From Amoebidium appalachense (Eukaryota; Protista; Ichthyosporea), in NCBI GenBank assembly GCA_963693365.1, contig CAVNZM010000004.1:13253088-13317087 (forward strand): a stretch of 64,000 nt of DNA. Reading direction: 5' to 3'. This document shows, in pieces, positions 37,844 through 64,000 of the stretch (its first letter is position 1; each line of letters begins with the position of its first letter). The notes below the pieces were generated by a model. It worked only from the letters and a program-made list of their open reading frames with translations, was not told where the DNA came from and ran no database searches. The position numbers were made by a program, and so were the translations under genes.

Positions 37844-38588
37844 ATTGCTAAGGATGTTGACTAGCGAGATATAAACAGGAATAGTGTGAAGGTAGCTCAA
37901 GTTGACTAGAATGGACCTTGGGATCTCTCTCACACTACAACAAAAAATAATAAAAAATTAAGCATTTGATAGCGCTGCTAAAGTTGATGCTTTTATATCC
38001 AGATCCTCCCCGGCAGGCAGCGGCAGCTGAGCGGCTCACAGTCACGGCGTCACTGGTGGGCCAGTGACTGTTGCTGTGGTTACCGTGACAAAGCGTTGTA
38101 GTTGTTCTAAAAGGTCTGCGCCATAAATATAACTATGTGTTTATTATTGTACATCCCTGTTAGCGCAGTGGTAACAAAAGTTCCTTTTCTTTTCTTTCCT
38201 TTTTGTTCTTTTCCCCCTTTCCTTCTCTTCCTTCCTTTTTTTTCCCTGTCCCACGGGATCTTTGCCCTCCTCTGCCGGATATTTATGATTGGACGCCCTC
38301 TAAATAAGCAATTCTTCCAAGCGATGCTGTGACGTCATTCATGCACGCATAGCCCGATCGAATGATCAGATGATTCTGAGAATTGATGCCCTCTGAGACG
38401 ATCGAGAGCTCGAGAGCGCGAGTGCTAGGGAGAAAAAATACTTGAGTATACATAAATCTACTTTGTGTATGCTCATATATACAGGAGAGAGAGGAGAAAG
38501 AGAACGAGAGAGAGAAAGAAGGAGGGAGGGAGAGGGAGAGACAGACAGACAGACACACGCACACACACACACACACACACACACGCAC

Positions 38589-38776
<188 letters not shown>

Positions 38777-39015
38777 GGGGGGGGGGGGGGGGGGAGAGAG
38801 AGAGAGGGAGAGAGAGAGAGGAGTGTGTGTGTATGTGTGTGTGTGTGTGAGTGTGTGTGTGTGTGTGAGCGACAGAGAGAGAGAGAGTTCGTATGGTTAA
38901 AGACACAAAACATGGACCTATGCATGTATAGGGCTATAACACAGGGATTGGGCAAATTAAATCCTAGTACACTTGGAAGAGAGTTAGGACACAGGCTACT
39001 GGTCTTGTAGAAAGC

Positions 39016-39375
39016 ATGTTGACTTCAAAGGTAGCGCTAGTCTCTGGTGGGAGCCGGGGTATAGGCCGGGCTACTGCTGTTATGTGTGCAAGGGAGGGCG
39101 CCAGAGTGGCAGGTGCGTATGTGGAAGCGCAGCATAGTACCCCTAACACCTCGAAACAATTTAAAACCCCAAGTTTCTGAAGATCTTGGCATACAGATAT
39201 TCATACTTGAGGGACGGACACATGTACGGACACGCATTACCGTTATAACATATACATGCACACGTCACCACACAAGTTCAATAGTGACACAAGGTCTTAC
39301 AGACACACGCGGGAAGTACACCCATACATAACAGGCACCGGATATTTTTTTTCTCCGCCATTCAAAACCCCCTCC

Positions 39376-39411
<36 letters not shown>

Positions 39412-39559
39412 ACACCTCCCTTCTCGACGACCGCCTGCCATAACGGGTGGCCTTGGTCCCACGCAACACGGTAGCCCGTTCCTCATTCCTCCACAATGAC
39501 AACTCAAATGGAAAGGCTGAAACTTTACAACAGATATGCCAGACCAAAACAACAAGAGA

Positions 39560-39613
<54 letters not shown>

Positions 39614-41111
39614 TTCCCCCTCCCCCCCCCCCCCCCACACACAGAGACACACACACACACTCTCTCTCCCTCTCTCTCGTTCCCCCCCTGCACTGCCATC
39701 TACATCCGTACCTTGACAGCAACGCGTTTATCTACATCAACATAGCACATACCTCATCCCCGCCCCCCCCCCCCCGCCCCCCTCCCCCTCCCCCCGTCCT
39801 TCCCCCCTTCCCGCCGTCAATACTCCTACCCCTACCCTACCTCTACCCTATCAGAACACGTCTCTTGATGGCTCTTTTGTTTACATATGCATGAGTTTGT
39901 TTTTTCGAATGACACACATACAGCTCTGGCGCCTATGAACACGTTAAGTGCTAACCATTACTCTACTCCTCCGCCAGTGCTGGGTCGGAACGAGTCATTC
40001 CTCAACGAAGCCGTCTCGGAGCTGCACAGAGTGCATGGTGGGCCCACAGGACACCACCTAGCCGTGGTGTGTGACGTAGCAGACCCGATAGCCGTGAATG
40101 CTGCAGTGGAGGTGGGTGGCTGAGGCTGTGATTAAGGGGAAAAAGACGTTGGGGATAAGGGAACGAACCGACATATGCCTGTGAAAGGGTATTGTCCTTC
40201 CATTTTTTTTTCTTGTTTTTCTCTCTTTTCAATATTTGGAGGGGGGTGGGGGTGGGGGGGTTGGGGGGGAGGGGGGAGGGCGGAGGGATTACCCCCCCCC
40301 CCCCCCCCTTTTCCTTTTATGCGCTTAGCGTCTTGTGTACATGTTGAAAAGAAAGGGGGAGTCGGTTTACAGAGTCATGGACTATCGGGGGCCATGTGTA
40401 CCTGGGTGGTGAATATGACTGACATAGGGGGAGTGGCAGCAAGTGGTAGGCAGCATGGGCCCACCCACCGTGCTGGTCAATGCGGCAGGTCAGTAGCAGC
40501 CAAAGCACGTGCCTGCCTGCATGGACAAGTGTTGGCTAGCTTTGACTGTACAGGCACCAGGCACTATGGGCTTTCTTTCCTGCAACACAACCCCAGCCCC
40601 CCTTTTTGCCCTTGTCTGGCCGAAATCGAAGAAGTACGTAAGGCAGTTGCAATCCCCTTTCTTGGTAGACTGGTTGTGTGTGTGTCTGCTTGTGTGTTTT
40701 TTTTTTTTGGGGGGGGGGGGGGGGGACGGTGGGAAGGATGGGAGATGCCATGCCCACTGGTTTTTCAGCCGCTCACATATGAGTGATGCCTGTACCCACT
40801 AACCAGTTCATTGCAGGCATAGCCCGGGACAGTCTGCTGCTACGAGCAAAGGATAGCGACATCCAGCAGGTAGAAAATAAATGAAAACTACCCCCTCCCC
40901 CCCCCCCCCCAAACCCCCCTCTCCTCCTCCTCCCCCCTCCCCCCCCCCCCTCCCCGCCCGCCGCGCTCTTCCTCCTGTTATGAATCACGTTCCCTGTACA
41001 TTGTATATTAGTATATGGGTATTTAAACACCCAATGCCCCACATGTTGTGAGTCGCTCATTGCACTGCTGCTCATTTTTGTTCAGTGACCATTCCTCTCC
41101 TCAGAACCCCT

Positions 41112-41158
<47 letters not shown>

Positions 41159-43819
41159 GTGCCTGCGGGAAAAATAAAATAGAAAAGATACACACACACT
41201 AAAAAAGGAATGAACTAGCCTCATCCGCTCTCCCTCGATTTATCTTCATTGCAGACATGAACTCTATTCGTGTCACAGGCATAATTTAGCAGTGCTGCAT
41301 GGGATACTGAGGCATGGCAGCACACTGTGCACCAGCACACATGCATATCACTGATCAATGGGGTGGGGCCATGGCCCAAGCCAGCAACTGGGCACCAACC
41401 TGCTTGGCCCCATGTATTTGTGTAGGGCTGCCCTGCGTCCAATGATGAAGACCCACGGTATTCCCCCCCCCCCCCCCCCCCCCCCCCCTCCCCCCCCCCC
41501 CCCCCCCCCTTTTTTTTTTCTGCATCGAAGAAGAACGTGAATGGAAAGGTTCCTGTCTGGGGCCCTTCTTAAGCAGCGGTATTTGGTGTGTGTCTGTGTA
41601 CGGTACATGCCAATTGCGCACCCTTGAGATTTTTTGGAGTTTTTTTTCTTTTTTTCTCGTTATTTTTACTGGTTGGTGCCTTTTCTTTCTTTTTCAGAAA
41701 TTTGGATTTTAAAAATTTGGGTGTCCCCCCTCCCCTCCTCCCCCCCCCCCCCCCTCCTCCCCCTCCCGGAGGGGGTGAGACGGAGGGGAGGGTGAGGGTC
41801 GGTGGGTGTGGGGTGGGTGGGTGGGTGGTGGGTGGGCGGGCGGGGATGTGAGGGTGTCGGTGGGTCGGTGGGGTGGGGAGGGAGGGAGAGAGAGGGGGGG
41901 GGGGGGGGGGGGGGGGGGGGCGGGCGGCTATGGAGAAGTGGATGCCTGGGGACGGCTATTTGCGGACTGCAAGTGAGGTTACATGGAACCGGCATACCGG
42001 AGGGTTCTTGTAAACCTCTAGTTCCACACCAGCCGATGTCGCTGTAGGCAAATCCCGCATTGCACCATGGCATTGCGTTGGGTTGTGCATGTGCCGCAGC
42101 CACTGCCTGACATCTTTGTGTGCACCAGAGGGCTGCATCGTCAACATCGGCAGTGTGGTGGGCCTGACAGGCAATGCAGGCCAGGCTGCCTACAGTGCTG
42201 CAAAGGCCGGCCTTGTGGGTATGTCTGTGTGAAGGTCTGGGTGTTCATGCTGCCTGTTTCTATGCATGGGTTCAGTTTCAGGAGTGCGCCGATTTTTTTG
42301 CCTGCCTGCCTGCCTGCCTGCCCGCCCGCCTATTTGCCTGCCAGCCACGTGCACTTCCTTATTTTATTTGTGTATGCCCTTTGTACTATATCTCCGCCTT
42401 CCCCCCCCCCCACACACACCCTCCCCTCCTCCCGCCTCCCTCCCCCTTCTCCTGTCTCCAGAGCTGTTGCCGGCTTTTGGTAGCTGTTGCATGGATCATG
42501 AGATATCATAATTCTTGTAATTTTTAAAGCAACCACCACCCGCTTCTTCCATTTTAGCCCAGATCGAGGTTGATCCGATTGAGGATTTTAGATTGCCCTC
42601 TTTCAGCCTGTGAAATTCTCGATTCTATATCTAGCCATCGAGGACTCAGATTTGGCGGGAAAAATTGCCCATTGAATGACGTCACACCCTCGACGGCTTA
42701 ATGGGATCGAGAAATTCACACGTCGCGCAAGGGCAATCTAAAACCCTTGATCGGGTCAACCTCGATCACGGCTATTATGGAAGAAGCGGTGGTTGCTTTT
42801 AAGGAGAGCAGACAAGTGCTGACTGGTTGGCCCCTACGTGGGGGCTGCAGGGTTCAGCAAGACGCTGGCCAAGGAGGTGGGCAGCAGAGGCATTAGGGTC
42901 AACGTGGTGGCCCCGGGGTTCATCGATACAGACATGACCAAAGGCAAGCACTTACCATTGAAACCTCTACCCCCCCCCCCCCCCCCCCCCCCCCCCATTC
43001 TGTTTCTCTGGTTTTCGTGGGCGAGGTGAATGGGTCGAAAGTCGGGTACTGGGCATATGTGTGGTTTGCACACTTCATTGTGTTATCCGTTATAAATATG
43101 TACTTCGTACTATATAACACATTCATCCCCTCCCCCTTCCCCCCCCCCCCCCCTCCCCCCCCCCCCCCCCCTCTTTTTCCTTCTCACTCCCTTCAATTCC
43201 TCCCCCCCCCCCCCCCCCCCCTCCCCCCCCCTTTATCCCCCCTACCGAAGCACGTGCATACATAGCCAAGACAGCACCAGAAGGACATGTATTATATTAG
43301 TGAGATGCATATTTAATGGATGTTTCTAACCTGCCGGGTGGCAGGTATGGGAGAGGAGGCAAGGCAAGCCATTCTTGAGCGGTTGATACTGAAGAGGTTT
43401 GGGGAGCCCCAAGATGTGGTGGAGGCGGTGAGGTTTCTGCTGGCCTGCCAGTACGTCACAGGCCAGGTGCTGCCCTCACTCATCCCTTGGCTTTTTAGCT
43501 ATCTGCCATTCAAACACCCCTCCCTCCCCCTTTTCTTCCACTACATCATTGTCTGGTCTCTTGCGCTTCCTACAAGCACCCTCATCACAACCCATCCTCC
43601 GCATTCAAGAGGGTGGGCTGTGCCTATTATGCATACTGTTTGTGGGTTTGCACTCTGCAATATGCTGTCCGCTAGAAGTGCGTACTTCTTACTCTATAAC
43701 ACATTCTAAACCCCCCTCCCCTCCCCCCTCATACCCCGGGCACATTGGCAAAAGAAGACACACTGATAAACTTGTGCCACACACAGGTGATTGTGGTTGA
43801 CGGCGGCATGTCCCTATGA
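39016..43819 (+). CDS. Short-chain dehydrogenase, 3-oxoacyl-ACP reductase (CBR4/FabG-like)
   Basis: Exons 39016-39112 (VSGGSRGIG), 39978-40111 (CDVAD), 40440-40488 (LVNAAG), 40817-40869 (IARDSLLL), 41385-41457 (TNLLGP), 42129-42218 (IVNIGSVVG...YSAAKAG, YxxxK), 42851-42943 ([16 protein letters not shown] donor), 43345-43466 (RFGEPQDV...YVTGQ), 43787-43819 ([10 protein letters not shown]-stop). Confidence 0.93.
42524..42802. mobile_element. Foldback MITE with TTAA ends (Kolobok-like termini)
   Basis: ttaaagcaaccacc..cgcttcttcca..tagcc..gatcgaggttgatccgat..ttttagattgccct mirrored at the right end; imperfect inverted arms of about 120 bp. Confidence 0.87.
43021..43126 (+). mobile_element. Diverged, internally deleted copy of the poly(C)-tailed family
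   Basis: cgaggtgaatgggtcgaaagtcgggtactg...gtgttatccg...gtacttcgtac...cattca then a C-run. Confidence 0.7.
43591..43710 (+). mobile_element. Diverged 3' fragment of the poly(C)-tailed family
   Basis: gagggtgggctgtgcctattatgcatact...gtacttc...cattctaaa(C)n matches the 3' half of subfamily A. Confidence 0.65.
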
Positions 43820-44594
43820 TGTGGGCCAACAAGAAAACGGACATGTGCTCCTACCCTTGCGTTTTGCGGGAAGAGCTTCTTACTGTATGGGCTGCATACT
43901 TGCATGATACTTTTCTTGTGTGATCCAAGTTTATAGTGCAAACGTAGAAAATCTCTAATGAACATAGGTCATAGCGCTGTGGGCAGCGTGTGCGTGTGTC
44001 CGTGTGCGTGTGCGTGCATGCATGCGTGTGTTCGTGCTTGCGTGCGTGGAAATAGTGTGCAGCATACTGTACCTGAAATTGGACATGAATTTCTTGTGTA
44101 TGTTTGGTTACACTTGCCTGCAGCTAGAGGTTTTTTCCTTATTGGAATATGCTTTTAAACGGTATTGGGTGTCAGGAGCCAATTTGGAGATAGGTGAAAC
44201 ACGTGTACTAATCTGAAGTTCGTTGTATATGACGAAGGTCGGGTTGATTTATCTTTGCACACATGCATTCAAGATTCCCCACATGTACACGGGCTGGTCT
44301 GGGCACTTGCATTAGTGGGACGTCGACAACGTTCTATTTATGTCTCGGGGTCAGCCTTGTTGAAAGATAGTGCGGCTTGTGGCTGGCCCGGCGGTGCAGC
44401 TACAAACACGAAATAAAAAATAAAATTTATCGGCACGTATACAGTTACGTTACATACGTTGCACGTGCATACACGTGTATACCACAGCGCTACAGCAGAT
44501 AGGTTCCACTGCAATTTGGGCTGTACACAAGGCTGGTATACGTACATGCACAAGTGTATATACCCTCGGGACACCGTAGTGCTGTACATGTGGG

Positions 44595-44653
44595 CAAGGC
44601 CTCCTATACTGAGGCCTCCTATATACTAACATGTTAGTATATAGGAGGCCTTG
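44595..44653. repeat. Perfect 40-bp palindrome with partial direct duplication
   Basis: aggcctcctatatactaacatgttagtatataggaggcct (44612-44651), preceded by caaggcctcctata. Confidence 0.9.
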
Positions 44654-45214
44654 GTGCTGCTACCTTCTGAGGATAGCTCTTAGTTTTCAATTGCAAGGGG
44701 ACGCGGACGACCCAGAGAGCGACTGATCACGTGACTCACCTGCCCTTGAATACGGGCAGCTGCCGCCTGTGTCCATGTAACACAGCGTGTGACGTCAGAT
44801 GACCTTTGAATTGGTCATAAGGAATTGTAAAAGCAGTCGATGAGGTTTCCATGATTTAGACTAATCGTTTGGCGCCAAAATATCAAATGCTGCGGTCTCG
44901 GACGTCACAAGGTAGCAAGTGCACTTTTATGTTCAGGTTTCACGGGGAGGAGGAGGAGTGTGGAAGTAATTATTTGTGTGGGTTAAACAATGCCCTGTTC
45001 AGACACACTCTTGATCTAAACGTAAGAGCTGTTTCGCTGCACTTTGAAGGGCACGATTACCGATTGTGTCTACCTCACGTGCTCAAGACAAGTAGGTGCA
45101 CTGCTGATTGCCGTGATCAAGCAGTTTTGCCGGACCGCTAGTTCTCCGTGTAGAGTCTTGTAGCGAGGGCCAATATTTAGCCTAATCAAGGCGTGAGTGT
45201 GTGAGTGTGTAAAC

Positions 45215-62571
<17,357 letters not shown>

Positions 62572-62575
62572 GTTG

Positions 62576-62622
<47 letters not shown>

Positions 62623-62752
62623 ACACGCTCTCTCTCTCTTCTTTTGCACCAGTGTGTGTTTGTGCAGATGCGGATGTGTGGAAGAAGAGTAGAGGAAGAG
62701 CAAGTAGACATGCGAATGAGGGGTGTTTTCTCTCTCTCTCTCTCTCTCTCTC

Positions 62753-62787
<35 letters not shown>

Positions 62788-63571
62788 CCCCCCACCCTCC
62801 TTCCCTCCCTCCCTCCCATCCTCCCTCCCTCCCTCCGCCTCTCTCTCCCTCCCTCCACCTCTATCACCGCCCTCCCTCCCTCCGTACCTCCATCCATCCC
62901 CTCTTGCTCTTCCCCCCCCCCTCCCCACCCCACCCCACCCCCTTCTCCTCCCCTTCTTTTGGGAGGAAGGGTGAGGGGGGTGGGGGGGGGGGGAGGGGAG
63001 GGGAAGAGAGAGATTTCAGTGTGACCATAGCTATAGAGATTGAGTGGTGGCGGACCAGCCCCCCCGCCCCTCCCCCCACCCCCCCCCCCCCCTCCCCCCG
63101 GCTCCTCACCCATCCTCCGTGGTGGCTGCGTGTCTCCATTCTTCGTACTATTTACCTGCCTCTCTCCAGCTGCTATAAATACCCTTGATTGAATGAGGAT
63201 GCGAGGGAGGTGCATTAGAGCTTTGCTGTATTGGGACGTGTTGTATTTACATGTGGTACGTCTCTTGGTCGGTATGCTGGTGGGTGGATGGTTTTCTTTT
63301 TTTTCTTTTTCTTTCTTTTTTTTTTCTTTGTGTGTGTGTTGTGTGTACGCGCGCGGTCGTGTGTGTGTGTATGTTTTGGTTCTCTTTCTCTCTCCCTCTC
63401 TCTCTCTCCCTCTCTCCCCTCCCCCCTCCCCCCTTCCCCCTTCCCCCCCCCCCCCCCCCCCCCTCTCCCTCTCCCCCCCCCCCCCCCCCTCTCTCTCTCC
63501 CTCCCCCCCCCTCCCTCCCTCCCTCCCTCCCTCCCTCCCTCCCTCCCTCCCTTCCTCCCTCCCCCCTCCCC

Positions 63572-63636
<65 letters not shown>

Positions 63637-63954
63637 TCTCGCTCTCTCGTCTCTCTCTCTCTCTCTCTCTCGCTTCTTCTCTCTCTCTCTCTCTCCCTCC
63701 CTCCCCCCCTCCTCTCCCTCCCCCTCCCCCCCCCCCTCTCTCTCTCTTTCTCTCCCTCCCCCCCCCTCCCCCTCCCTCACCCCCTCCCTCCCTCCCTCTC
63801 TCCCTCCCTCCCTCCCTCCCTCCCTCCGTCCCTCTCTCTCCCCCCCCCCCCCCCCTCTCTCTCTCTCTCTCCCCCTCCCCCTCCTTTGTGTGGGGGGGAG
63901 TGGAGGGGGGGGGAGAGGGGGGGAAGGGGGGAAGTCCAAGGTTTCAGGTGGATG

Positions 63955-64000
<46 letters not shown>

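Overview
Eukaryotic, intron-dense genomic DNA saturated with poly(C)/poly(G), (CA)n/(TG)n and (GA)n tracts. Almost all ORFs in the track are low-complexity artefacts, so I rebuilt genes by hand from GT/GC-AG boundaries, CTRAC-type branch points and phase continuity. Six genes: a low-specificity L-threonine aldolase (+, ~1.0-12.1 kb); an intronless GT7/CHGN-type N-acetylgalactosaminyltransferase (+, 14.3-15.6 kb); a 14-exon type I membrane protein with a ZP-module-like ectodomain, an inserted beta/gamma-crystallin-like domain and a tail built from duplicated RRxS exons (+, 19.4-31.3 kb); an intronless GYPPP-repeat protein with a C-terminal CxxCxGxG finger (-, 36.6-37.8 kb); a CBR4/FabG-like SDR (+, 39.0-43.8 kb); and an ELYS/AHCTF1-like nucleoporin that runs off the window (+, from 45.2 kb). 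A unicellular holozoan such as an ichthyosporean is my inference for the source, not proven. Introns carry a family of ~210-630 bp elements that end in poly(C) and are probably derived from Penelope-like elements. Two subfamilies conserve a covarying RNA structure holding all three hammerhead-ribozyme core strands in a non-canonical order. TATGG...CCATA and TTAA-flanked MITEs are also present. All family assignments are by-eye motif recognition; no database searches were run.
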